From contig NIVC01001177.1 in assembly GCA_002269645.1 (NCBI GenBank), forward strand, positions 62,001 through 126,000: a stretch of DNA of 64,000 bases, in the 5' to 3' direction. The position numbers and the translations under genes are program-made. Of the stretch, positions 1 to 11,163 are shown one piece after another. Every line of letters starts with the position of its first letter. Position 1 is the first letter of the stretch. The notes beneath the pieces are model-generated. The model searched no databases and had not been told where the DNA came from. It was given only the letters and a program-made list of their open reading frames with translations. Source of the DNA: Macrostomum lignano (taxonomy: Eukaryota).

Positions 1-834
1 ATCAGACCGCTACAGCTGTGCCATAGCCTATGGAGTGAAAAAACAGAGGAATTCAAAGTGCTTTGGTTTAATTTTTATAAGCTTGGGTTGGTTTCATTGT
101 TTACTCTTCTCTAGAATGCATCAAATAAATTGGAAAAACTTGACAAACAAACTCCCTTTAACGGAGTGTCTGCCAAAGAAATGTATTTTCTTTCTATGTT
201 GAGTGCAAAGGACCACGCTGATGACGCTGATCTAATGAATTTTATTCACTACCTAAAAGATTCTACCAATGATGACCAGTTGCCACTGAACACTCATCAA
301 CCGGATCTACCAGAGGACGCTGCTCTGTCGGTTATTGATCTAGATCGCGTTGAAATCGACTGGCTGGTATATGTTCCAGCATGGTAAGGCATTCGCGGAG
401 TTTCTAGAAAGGCAAATTGGAATGTCCCTGTGACAATATCGCAGCCCATCCTAAATGAGTTTCTACGTTTCTGTTTGAAGAAAGTAGACGGTGGAGTTTA
501 CTCACCTGCTTCCTTGGTTTGCATGCGTGACGACGATGCGTGGAGCGATTCAGAGATTCAGGCATTCAGAGATATTTCTGCCTGGTTCTCAAGCGCTCTG
601 TCAACATATTTTCTGGAGACGAATTTGCTGCTGCTAATCGAATGCTGCGCGTCAAAGTACGCGAGTACATTGGATCTGGCTCTGTCAGAAGACAATATCC
701 ACCAATCGAGGAAGGTGACCTGGTGCGACTGTGCAAATACTTTGACAGAAGTACAGCAAGAGCGCCTTCAGGATGAAGTGATATTCATGCTACTGAAGTG
801 TTTGCCTTTTCTCGGGGTGGCCTGGTAGGTCTGT

Positions 835-854
835 GAATCCCACCGCTGCCACCA
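835..854 (-). other. Primer-binding site complementary to the tRNA-Leu 3' end
   Basis: The plus strand reads GAATCCCACCGCTGCCACCA, the 3' 20 nt of tRNA-Leu including CCA. It lies 1 nt from the LTR end. Confidence 0.85.
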
Positions 855-855
855 G

Positions 856-1692
856 TGTAGTGTTTATTATTTACTTCCCGACTTACAGGCACTTAAAAAC
901 CGTGTGCAGATTTGCGGCTCAACGTGCAGGGCGTCTCGTCAGCAGATCCTGCGGGGCTTAATGGGCGGTTGGGACGGCTGTGTTAGCCTCTTGTTGACTG
1001 GGCTTTTGGATTTTTGGTCAGGCGAACAAAGAGAGGGTTAAGTTGTACGCACACAGAGAAGCAACAGAGAGGCTAGGAAATCGGAAACGTCTAGACCGGA
1101 AACTAGACAGGAAAAAGGACTGAAAAGGAAAATGAAAAGGAAACGGATCCTGAACCATGGATGGGTGAGGAGGTTCCGTATTTATAGCCTGGGATTCACC
1201 ACTGCCCCAATGCGCACAAGACCTCGTGACTTTGTTCTATTTTTAGAACTGACGTCACTTGGGGTCTCTGGGCAGAATGCACTAGGCGGTGACTCAGTGT
1301 CTATTTTTAGAAATATGAGTCACTACTTTCCTTAGAGAAGGGAAGGGCTTTAGGCACGTGATTTCCCGTAAACACGGACTAGCGAGTGCAGTAAACATGT
1401 TTACTGTACTTTTAGGACTGCAAAGCAAGGCTTGCCATGTGACTTGCTCACATGACAAAGGAAACAGGCCACCACCGTGACCTTGGGACAAGAGCAGCTG
1501 CCACGGCAGAGAAGCTCATGGCTGCAAAAGGGAGCAGAAACAGACAGAAAAGGCGCGGGAACAGCAGGCAGACGGCCAGACAAAGGGGAGTGGGAAGCTG
1601 ACCAGCGACAGACAGTAACCCAGGGCAAGGGCGAGGACGAGGGAAACTGCTGACAAAAGGGGACGCCTAACACCAACTAGCGAATCACTACA
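856..1692 (-). mobile_element. Long terminal repeat (837 bp) of an LTR retrotransposon
   Basis: Perfect 7-bp inverted termini TGTAGTG (856-862) and CACTACA (1686-1692). Minus-strand TATAAAT at 1180-1186 and AATAAA at 863-868. PBS adjacent. No TSD or internal gag/pol seen. Confidence 0.8.
1180..1406 (-). promoter_or_regulatory. LTR U3 promoter/enhancer with clustered transcription-factor motifs
   Basis: TATA 1180-1186; MEF2-type CTATTTTTAG at 1237 and 1301; CRE TGACGTCA 1250; AP-1 TGACTCA 1290 and TGAGTCA 1316; E-box CACGTG 1355; forkhead GTAAACA near 1368; palindrome CAGTAAACATGTTTACTG 1389-1406. Confidence 0.6.
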
Positions 1693-2889
1693 CTACTCTC
1701 TACGTTAGGTAAACCGTTAGGTGAACGCAACCAAGAACAAATGAAGTATCTGAAGAAGAAGGATACTTTGGTAGAAGGAGTAGACGCTGATGGCCAAGCA
1801 AAAAATCAATCGACTGATCCGACGCGTGCTAAGAACAACATAGCAAAGCTCGTCTCTATGGGCAGCAGCGAGAGCTTCTCGTGTACTACTGCAATCTCCT
1901 CTACCTGAGAGCACAAAGGATTCATCATTTTTGCCAACAATGGAAGCGGTAACCTGCGTTTCTCAGTCAACCAAGTTCGAGGCATTAACAGTAGGAATAC
2001 CAAGCCATTTTCCGCCCCTGACAATGGAATCTCTCCCTGACAGTTTTTTTGCTGCGCCGTATTGGAGCAACGCAGGCACACGAAATTCAAGAACACGGGT
2101 TAACTTTTTGTTGCGCACCTTCTCAAACAAGAATCAAGTCGCCAGCCCTCCGGACCGTCCAGATATTCGACGATTCTGCCAGAAGGTCGGATTTTTCCCA
2201 TAAGCGCTAGTGTATTCAGTACACCCCTGTGCACCAATTAGCACTGCGCCTCAGTGCAGCCTTGCCAAGTCTCCAAATTTCATCAGCACGTCGACCACAT
2301 GTGTCTGCATCAGCTCTGACTTCGTTGGTCACTAGCCTTCACCCAGGCGGAGCTTCTGGACCTTCAACAGATGACACCAGGTGACTAAGAACACCCTGAT
2401 GCGAATTTCTCTAGTTTCGCTGATCAAGCCTCGACAGTGGGCAAACCTCAACTGCTGGACATCCTCAGCTAGTCTCTCAAGCTGAGGAGATAGTCACATC
2501 GGCTTTCGCGTGATGTTCGGAAATTAATATGCAAACAAAATACTTTTGTGGTGAAGCGGAGCAGTAGTTATGAAAATTCGATCTGCATACATATCGCGAG
2601 AGGGCTGATCGGGCATTCTGTCTATATTCTGTCGTTTTGTCTGTCTTTGATTAAATTACCGCATGAGAAAAATTAAATTTGAATGCCAAGCAGTTGTTAT
2701 TGGAATTTTCCTTTTTTGAGTGAATGTATTTTTTAATTATTAAATTTACCTGTAATTTATTACAATTGAATTACAATAATTTGCAACTATTCTGTAATCG
2801 TACAATTAAATCTGAATTCGATCCGTAAGAGTCGTGAAATGTGAAAGTCGCGAAATGATGACGTGACACTATTTTCAGTGAACTCACCG

Positions 2890-3112
2890 GCTTCTAAAAA
2901 GTTTTGAGCAAGGAATTTTGCACCAGCTAGATCTTCCCGCCTGTCCCCGCCGGTAGGGTGCCTGCAGAAGCTCTGGCACCGTCTGTGGGCAGTACGACTT
3001 GAGCAATGATAATGATCTATTGACCAGCAGCTGTAGCTATTCCTCTGTTGGAGCCATTCAATGCGATCATCAGAGACAGGCCTGACAGTTGTCCTTGAGG
3101 CCTGATCGCAGA
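2890..3112 (-). mobile_element. Possible hAT transposase C-terminal relic
   Basis: Frame-switching gives LRSGLKDNCQACL / LMIALNG / LQLLVNRSL, resembling the end of the hAT dimerisation region. Short and broken. Confidence 0.3.
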
Positions 3113-3574
3113 AAAAGGGAGAAAAAATGTCACCTGATCAGCTGTATGAATAAATGAAAGGAAAAAAAACAATGAAACATATCTGAGCAGTCACTCAAAC
3201 GCTGCTAATTAATCCTTTCGCCTCTTAGACAAATCCGTACCGTTCGGTAAGCCTTCTGTGACGCCTTTGTTATTTGATTTTCGAGAGCTGAGTTGTTATC
3301 GGCGGTTGTTGATCAATTGATTTCTGTTGAATTATGAATTAAAGGCCTCCTAAGCCCTAAGCGATTAGATAGGAGCCTTTGGATCGATTCCGATACTCTT
3401 AATTAGACGATTAGTTGATTTCTGATTGACGGCCGCCTTCAGAATCGAAGAGACGAACCCCCACGCTACGAAGAACCTGCGCTACAAGAAGGAGCCCACA
3501 GCAGTAAATGATTACTAAATTTAGTTCCAAGACTGGTTTGGAAGTGGGAGTTCGTGCGTTTAGACACCAGACCC

Positions 3575-3576
<2 letters not shown>

Positions 3577-3655
<79 letters not shown>

Positions 3656-3667
3656 TCTCTCTCCTCT
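3577..3667. repeat. (CT)n microsatellite
   Basis: Direct reading. Confidence 0.98.
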
Positions 3668-5196
3668 CATTCTCTAGTGTGTTAAAGTCGAACTCTTCAT
3701 TGCCACAGATTTTAACCCAGTCGACTACTTCAGTGACTGTTTGTAGCCAAGCCAAGCTTCCTTTGTTTTGCTGCCCTATAGACGTCTCAACTCTCTAGGC
3801 GGTTCTGGTTGGCTGGCGGCGAGCCGTACATGACTGAGGCTTTGTGAATCCCCTGTCCAATGTGCTCAGTGTCGCCAGCCGATTCTTAAAGAATTCTCTC
3901 CGTAAGCCTTAATACGTCAGCAATTCCTCACTCCCAAGAGCATTTCAGAAATTACCCCGTGAGCGTTGACATCTTAGCAATTCCCGAATAAAGCTTTTAT
4001 ATGGTTGATATGACGCTACTTTCATACTGGGCATTAGGCTTCTTTCACGTTTGATGTGACGCTTCACTAACTCTTTATTTTTGCTCGTCTGTCTAAAAAA
4101 TAAAAATTTATTGACAAACTCCAGCCAAGGACAAGCTTCGCCGAGTATGAGGTCCATACCTCAGTCGTCATCGCTCAAGCCTATCCTGACACTATAGAAA
4201 TGCTATAATTTAGTTCCACCAGTTGCCAGTTGCTCACCAGTTGCCAGCAGGAGGAGTTATCAAGCACTGGGGCATTAAGCGAAAGTCGTCAGAATTTCCC
4301 TGGGTTGGTTCGTTGCTACCAGACATGCAAAACAACTACAATCCAATACTAGAAAATAGACCTTGCATACTTACAGGCTGAAAAATAGTGCCCAAATCCC
4401 CCCTTGGGTCCTGCAGTCGCGGATGACTGACAGACATAAGCAACACTCTATCGCAAATTTTGCAACAGGGGCAGTTTTATTTTCATCCATGCACCTGACA
4501 GTTTAAAAGTAACAACAGCCTTATATAAAGTGTCAATTCTCATCTTTCCAATCGCTATAAAAACTAAAGATTATGACGTAATCATTACGTACTTTGACGT
4601 AAAAGGCAAACTACTAACTACATATACCATTAGCCGAACGAGTTCTGAAGCTGCAAATTCTTTGTGTGACTTTTAGTTTGTGCATGCCACTTTATTAATG
4701 TTCGAAGAAGACAAACTTTTACGTAGCCGTGGAAGTGGAACAAAAAAGAGCGATTGAAGTTGGTTGGGCGCATTTTTCATTGTTTATTTATATCAAAATA
4801 ATCGTTCTGACGCCTCGTAGCAAGACAGATATACAGTAGATGAGTCCACTTACCGTTGAAACTTACCTTGTCAAGTAGAAAATTTCTTATTCCTGAGACA
4901 AACCAATCATAAATAATTATAAGTAGAAAGACCATTGCACGCATGAATTGTGCGTTTTTCAATTGCGACCGTTGTCGTTGTCATTTCAACCACAAATTAA
5001 TCAAACTTCCCATTGTTAACCTTCGAATAACAGATGAATTCGCTATGCTTCCGGCTTTCTTCAAATTCTTCAAATTTTGTTTTAACAAAATTAAGAAAAC
5101 TTTAATTACATCTAGTGCAATTTGTTTGAAAATTGCAAAGCGTCTTTCTACTTCAGTTTTACATGCACAAGCATTGCCAATAGCCCTTAACCTCAC

Positions 5197-5587
5197 CAAA
5201 AAGCCGGTTAGCATAGACACTGTTAGTCCATGAGCCTCCGCAGGTCACGAGTGCATCTCCAGAGCAGGCCATGTCGCACATCCGCTTTACCCCATCAGCC
5301 AAGCCGTATTTCCCATACGCAGCGCCGCAGAAGCAATGCGAAGCATATTGCAGTCCAAAATAGGCATAATTACGGCAGAAGGCGTAGCAAGTATCGGGTG
5401 TTTGATTTTTGCCGTCAAAGGTCGGCCCAGTCAGGTCCCTGCTGCTCTCGTCCATGTAGCAGTCAATGTAGTTAAAATTCGGGCTGGTTCTTTAGGGCAG
5501 CAAGGTGCAGTTGGCCGAGCTGATTGAGACTGCAATTGCAACGCTTAGCAGCAGGATGCAGCTCAGAGGCTTCTTAGACCGACTCAT
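5197..5587 (-). pseudogene. Secreted WSC-domain gene A, premature stop
   Basis: ATG 5587, signal peptide MSRSKKPLSCILLLSVAIAVSISSANC, TAA at codon 32 (5492-5494; TAC in copy D), then a full WSC domain (DCYMD..CYAFC..YFGLQYASHCFCG..CDMACSGD..CGGSWTNSVY). Phase-1 donor GTGAGG after 5197. Confidence 0.85.
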
Positions 5588-5769
5588 TTTGCTCAGAGAT
5601 ACCTCGAAAAAGATGTGCGCAATTAGACTTTTATTGCTAGTTGTTTCTGTCTCAATATTCATTCTCTATCCAATAGCAAATAGGAAATTTGCAAGTCTCT
5701 CCTAATTGGTCCAGGTGCATAAGTAGCTCTCGTTTTATCAGAAATATGAGTTGTTTAAGATATTTTCAT

Positions 5770-5860
5770 GTACAAGGGGTTTACCGATGAGAGCAGGTAA
5801 AAAATAGATTGTACCAGCTGAATGAAAAATCAAAATTTTATGCACCTTGCATCACTGATT
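5770..5860 (+). mobile_element. Degenerate mariner TIR relic (also at ~15560-15600)
   Basis: TACAAGGGGTTTACCG...GCTGAATGAAAAATCAAAATTTTATGCACCTTGCATCACTG aligns with the left TIR of the mariner at 11164. Confidence 0.55.
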
Positions 5861-6003
5861 AGAGAAAACGTATCACGCTTGTACCGTTGCTTAAATTGTT
5901 TCAAAATCTTTATTCCATCAAGTCAAGGTAATTGCTAAAAATGTAAAGAGGGGTACAAGGTAGAGTTACACCATCGACTGATGACTTTTCACTGAATTCA
6001 CTG

Positions 6004-6232
6004 AGAGCATTAGCTAAGGTAATTGAGCATTAGCTAAGATAATTGAGAATTTGCTTAGGTAATTGAGCAGTAGCTAAGATAGTTGAGCATTAGCGAAGGT
6101 ACTCATAATTGAGCATTAGCTAAGATAGTTGAGCATTAGCTGGGATAATTGAGCGTTAACTAAGGTAATTGAGCATTAGCTAAGATAGTTGAGCATTAGC
6201 TGGGATAATTGAGCATTAGCTGAGGTAATTGA
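6004..6232. repeat. 20-bp minisatellite (GAGCATTAGCTRAGRTARTT)
   Basis: About 11 tandem units that run directly into SINE body sequence. Confidence 0.95.
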
Positions 6233-6330
6233 GGGTGTGTCGCAACCCCCCCCCCAGTCATTGGACTCAACAGCCGTACATAGCCTTCAGATGCTTCAGA
6301 TTGCTGAGCTGTCTGTTGCACATCTGGTTA
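6195..6330 (+). mobile_element. 3' half of CORE-type SINE
   Basis: AGCATTAGCTG..GTAATTGAGGGTGTG..TTGGACT.AACAGCCGTAC..GCTGAGCTGTC.GTTGCACATCTG matches 16394-16522. Confidence 0.75.
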
Positions 6331-6363
6331 TTTAGGGATGGCCTGAATCCGCAATTCTCTGCA

Positions 6364-6377
6364 GTTACCATGGAAAC
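6364..6377. promoter_or_regulatory. RFX X-box-like motif
   Basis: GTTACCATGGAAAC, between the divergently transcribed WSC genes A and B. Confidence 0.4.
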
Positions 6378-6877
6378 ACCATTCCTTGTAATTGATTTCG
6401 TTTGCAGTGGACTCTCCCAGCTCCATTTTCACGGGCGGCATGACTTCTTTGGGAGTCTTAATTAATGCTTTTTAGTTAAAAAAAACTGCCCTAAAAGCAA
6501 GAAATTCCTACATTGCTAATGCGTTTTGGCAAAATATTGGCCATAAGCAACCCAGTCCGGACTCTCCCAGAAATCCCTTATTTACCACCATCCATAAAAA
6601 TTCCATGAGATATTGAGCAGTGTAAGGAAGAATAATCGATATTCCCGAGTAATTCTAGACCCAGACACACTGCACACACGGGCGATACGCGTTAGTGCTT
6701 AAGGTACTCAAATAAAAATCTTGCTAAGAATTCACCCGATACCACAGTGCCCCAAGGACAAGACAAATATTGGCCAATGGGATGAATCCAGCTCTGGATG
6801 AACCATGTGAGGCTATAATAGAAAGTGCCTTGAATCTCCCATGGCTATACCAGTGAGTTTCTGCGGTAAACTAACTA

Positions 6878-7292
6878 ATGAAAAGTTGTCAAGTCATGTT
6901 TGCGACTAACCAATGTCTCCTTATTACTTTATTTATAGCTTTCCATTGCTCGAGCGCACTGCTTGAGTACCGAAACGGAGTTGGCTTTGATTACGTCGGC
7001 TGCTTCGTTGACGGCACGCGAAGAGATTTAAGCGGGACATCAGCCTCTAGCTCCGACAGCCAGACTCCCGCTGCTTGCTACGCGCACTGCTCTGGACAGA
7101 ACTACGCCTACTTTGGAGTCCAGTACGCGAGTCAGTGCTTCTGCGGCAATACTTACGGCAGTCACGGGCGGGCGGGAGCGAGTAGCGAGTGCGGGTCGCC
7201 CTGCTCCGGTGACAGTTCAGTCGCCTGCGGAGGCACCTGGAGAAACAGCGTCTATCAAGTCAGTGACTTCGCTCGGCTGCATCGTACTACAG
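6878..7292 (+). CDS. Secreted WSC-domain protein B (first exon; later exons not identified)
   Basis: Signal peptide (CLLITLFIAFHCSSA) and an 8-Cys WSC domain GCFVD..CYAHC..YFGVQYASQCFCG..CGSPCSGD..CGGTWRNSVY. Phase-1 donor GTAATG at 7293. Confidence 0.88.
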
Positions 7293-7403
7293 GTAATGTG
7301 ATAATCTTTAATTTCACTGTTTCGAAATAACAAATATAGTTTGAGCTGACGTAAGACTTCGAAGTAGTGGTAAATCCTTGACCCTCCAGGACTCTCAAGG
7401 CTC

Positions 7404-8285
7404 ACTCCCCGTGAACCTCACTCTCCCCATGACCCTCTCTCCCCGTGACCCTCTCTCCCCGTGACCCTCTCTCCCCGTGACCCTCTCTCCCCGTGACCCT
7501 CTCTCCCCGTGACCCTCTCTCCCCATGACCCTCTCTCCCCGTGACCCTTTCTCCCCATGACCCTCTCTTCACGTGACCCTCTCTCCCTATGAACTTCTCT
7601 CCCCGTGATCCGCTCTCCCCGTGATCTGCTCTCCCCGAGCCCCTCTCTTCACGTGACCCTCTCTCCCTGTGACCCTCTCTTCACGTGACCCTCTCTCTCC
7701 GTGATCCGCTCTCCCCGTGACCCTCTCTCCTCGTGACCCTCTCTCCCCGTGACCCTCTCTCCCCGTGACCCTCTCTCCCCATGACCCTCTCTCCGCGTGA
7801 CCCTCTTTCCCCGTGACCCTCTCTCCCTGTGACCTTCTCTCCCCGTGATCCGCTCTCCCCATGCCCCTCTCTTCACGTGACCCTTTCTCCCCATGCCCCT
7901 CTCTTCACGTGACCCTCTCTCCCCGTGACCCTCTCTCCCCGTGACCCTCTCTCCCCATGACCCTCTCTCCCCGTGACCCTCTTTCCCCGTGACCCTCTCT
8001 CCCCATGACTCTCTCTCGCTCAATGACCCTCTCTCTCATGTGACACCCTCTTCCCTCTCTCCCCGTGACCCTCTCTCCCCATGACTCTCTCTCGCTCAAT
8101 GACCCTCTCTCTCATGTGACACCCTCTTCCCTCTCTCCCCGTGACCCTCTCTCCCCATGACCCTCTCTCCCCGTGACCCTCTTTCCCCGTGACCCTCTCT
8201 CCCCATGACTCTCTCTCGCTCAATGACCCTCTCTCTCATGTGACACCCTCTTCCCTCTCTCCCCGTGACCCTCTCTACCCTCTCT
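7404..8285. repeat. 16-bp minisatellite (CCCCGTGACCCTCTCT)
   Basis: About 50 degenerate units; source of the spurious ERVTGREGHG ORFs. Confidence 0.97.
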
Positions 8286-9365
8286 GCCCTCCATGACCTT
8301 GACTGCGTGATTTTATGGCTTTCTCGTATTAAGTAACTTGATTGGAAAAATATTCGTATTGCGAAATTCCACTTTTTCGAAGTGTTCCCATCAATGGTCT
8401 TGAATGCAGAATTAAGCAAAGGATCAATGACCAGTACAAGAAAGGTAAAAACCCAGGTAAGGATATTCTTCGTTAACCTCAACGTGTTATTCCATGTCTA
8501 AAAGTAGATGCAAGGCACGAACCACGTGATTTAATTAGATTCTTTGTGCTCAGAGCCGGATTTCTGGTTTTCCGGTCCGGTTATTATTGACTGTGTGGCG
8601 TAAATTCTCCGTTAAACTTTTTGTACGTGATATTTCTCAGACTTATGTCGGACTAATTGTTCATGCATGATCAGCAATAACTTGTCAGCAATTCATGATT
8701 ATTTTTAGCATTATAAGAAGAATATTGATGAATAAAATTGAGCAATTGTTGCGACTTCTGACTTTTCCTGTAGAGCTATAGGAATGAGGACAGATAAAGA
8801 TGATTGATTGTTTTCATTTTTGTCTGTTGCATCGATTTTTCAAGCTGTGTTAACAAATAAATGCAAGGCGTTCATATAGAGTTTTACAGAATTTCACTAA
8901 ACGAGTTACTTATCTTTGCCGGGCGTCAAAAACTTTATTAAAAAGCAAAAATTTCTGCCATAATTTTCCTGAGTTGACTGTAGTATGTTTGAATAAATAG
9001 GTATGAATAAAATCGATGAGTTGTTGGATGAAGCTCACATATTTCAGGAAAGTATCCAGTTAAGTATTGACAAACGTTGCAACGAAATTTTCCAACAAGG
9101 ACTGTCATTTCATTCACAAAAGGTCTCAAATGACACAGAATTAACAGAAACTCAACTCTATATTGTGCAAATACTTCGCTATTGGAAGTACTGCAGCTGG
9201 TTAAAATAATTGATATACGAAATAATGCTTCTGTCAACTTCCTATACACTTTAATGATGATGGTTAGTTGTTTTTGTTGCGATGAGCAGATCCAAAGACA
9301 GGGAAAATGTAAGCCGATAAAGGCATCCTCTACAGATGAGGAAGGATACTGAAGTATTTTAAACT

Positions 9366-9700
9366 ATTGATATTCATAAAGCTTTTCGTTCAGAAAATTA
9401 GAATTCTATGTCAATTTTTTATTTTACGTACATTTCCTGTACCTAAAAATCATAAAAATGCATGGCACAGCTAGACTCTGGTTTTATTGATCTATTTTAT
9501 AATCCCTGTTACACACATTGTTACACAGTCAGTTAAGAACGACAGAATAGATTTATAAAACCAATGAGCTGAGCTGTGCCACTGTAATGGTTTGTAGGCA
9601 CGACACATTTAATAAATTGTACTTCGTACGTAGATATGTCATGCAAAAAATAATATAAAATCCTAATTTTCTGAACGGAAAGCTTTATAAATATCAATAG
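9366..9700. mobile_element. Foldback/MITE-like element with ~60-bp imperfect inverted arms
   Basis: CTATTGATATTCATAAAGCTTTTCGTTCAGAAAATTAG (from 9366) is mirrored by CTAATTTTCTGAACGGAAAGCTTTATAAATATCAATAG (to ~9700). No clear TSD. Confidence 0.55.
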
Positions 9701-10159
9701 AGCTATAAGAAAGGCACAAAAGATTAACATTGGGTCTGCCTCCCTTCGAAAGCAATAAAAATTTTGTGCTTTAAAAATTAAAACTTTCTATCTCCGTAGT
9801 GTATTTTTCTGCGAAAAGTGGCCTTCAAAACTTTTCCCCCATACATTTTGTTTTGAATGTTGCGTCCTTCTACTTTGGTAGTCCTTAGGTCCGACCATTG
9901 CAGAAACTTTGTTTGGTTACCGCTCTCTGCCTCTGTGAGCAGGCAGCAACAGCAAAACAACGGGTTCGCGCTTGGCCTCGCCCGAGAGGACCCTGCAAGG
10001 TGAGCAGCAGGACGTCCTGCAGAGGCCGGGTGCAGCAGTCTTAGACTCAGACCACGTAGCCCGCCAGTTGAAACATTCTCTGCGCCCTCCTCTCCATGTG
10101 GAGCACCAGACTGTCGAGGTTGGTGAGCCGCTGGCATGGTTATGGCAAAGTAAACTGTT

Positions 10160-10330
10160 GGCACCCTGCCGCAGGCATGTAGCGCTGTGGCAATTCTGCT
10201 CATTCCTGAGCACACAACACGCACACAGGGTGTACAGTGGCACTGACTTTCTAATTTTCATGCATGCACACTCTGTGCCTTGCGGGTTTGGCCATCATGA
10301 TTGCAAATCGCATGACAACACCCCCGGGAA
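10160..10330 (-). mobile_element. SINE family 2 fragment (another fragment at ~10845-10915)
   Basis: Shares AAGGCACAG..TGCATGC..ATTAGAAAGTCAG..CTGTACACCCTGTGTG..GCTCAGG with 17880-17990, 20115-20260, 24497-24545 and 57905-58080. Confidence 0.65.
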
Positions 10331-10934
10331 TTTTCGTGTCCAAGCTCCAAATGAATCTGGCCGCGCACGAAAGCGAAACATCGCTCGTGGCGCGTTGAGC
10401 TGCTCTGCCCCCTGGCAAGCTGAGTAGGTCTGCCAACGACTCTGAGTAGTTGCTCCGTGGATTATGGATTATAAAGCGCCTTTTACTTCAGTACTCGTAT
10501 TTCTGAGCATATAGAGGACCAGCAGTTCGTGCGATATATTTACCAGACAAATCAGATAATGTTGATTTTGATTACAGAACCGGTGCTCCGATATCATTTC
10601 CTTTCTTGGCTATTTGCTTTTCTATGAGCATACTATGGATTTAACCGGCCCGATCGAGTAAACAGAAACTTTCTTTGCAGTTGTAGCGAATGTACTACGC
10701 AGTGTGCTGCATGGCTGGTTACACAACCCAGGTTCCTAATTTTCTCTAAGCCGTCCGCTAACGGGCTACGTGATCAGCCAGTGCTGACGGCAACTCTACC
10801 GACTCCGCTGACTCCTGACATACTGAACGCAGGCACTCGTACACATGCTCACACGGAGTGTACAGCAGCCCTAAATATCGTCATGCATGTGCGCAATTTC
10901 TGTCTTCGTGGTTTGCCCACGACCTCGACCCAGT

Positions 10935-11162
10935 CGGAACAATTTGTGTCCTTGAGAGCAAGACACTTAACTCTGCATTGCTTCAGTTCACCCAGCTGTA
11001 AAATGTGGTGTGTGTGGTGACCCCCCAGTCCGACTGAACAGCCGTACAGTCCAAGTGCAATAGCTGCGGCTGAGCTGTCGGTTGCACATCTGCCCATTAG
11101 TACAGGTGTAATCAATTATTATTATTGTTATTGTTATTATTATTATTATTATCATTATTATT
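10935..11162 (+). mobile_element. CORE-type (MIR-core-like) SINE with (ATT)n tail
   Basis: GTGTCCTTGAGAGCAAGACACTTAACTCTGCATTGCTTCAGTTCACCCAGCTGTAAAATG resembles the MIR CORE domain. (ATT)n tail at ~11117-11162. Confidence 0.75.
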
Positions 11163-11163
11163 A

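Larger units (their letters stand above)
130..2215 (+). mobile_element. Degenerate Crypton-like (CryptonA/DUF3504-type) tyrosine recombinase gene, interrupted by an LTR insertion at ~835-1692
   Basis: Switching frames gives AFAEFL, ILNEFLRFCLKKVDGGVYSPASLVCMR, VNIFSGDEFAAANRMLRVKVREY, YPPIEEGDLVRLCKYF and LQDEVIFMLL left of the LTR. To the right: GERNQEQMKYLKK, NQVRGINS, LRRIGAT and ALRTVQ. The motif order matches the Crypton/KCTD1/QRICH1/ZMYM YR domain as I recall it. Several frameshifts and stops. Confidence 0.65.
3886..5860. repeat. Segmental duplication copy A (paralogous to 14519-15600)
   Basis: 3886-4264 is near-identical to 14519-14908, and 5146-5800 to 14913-15590. Copy A has ~880 bp extra (4265-5145). 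Confidence 0.92.

Noticed and set aside
1-960. Spliced host gene with short introns joining ORFs 130-387 and 430-828
   Set aside because: Plausible splice sites exist, but the Crypton-like motifs are spread across different frames and continue beyond the LTR, which fits a decayed transposon better.
1401-1676. Gag zinc knuckle in the minus ORF (CFLCHVSKSHGKPC)
   Set aside because: Spacing is not CX2CX4HX4C, and the ORF lies wholly inside the LTR U3.
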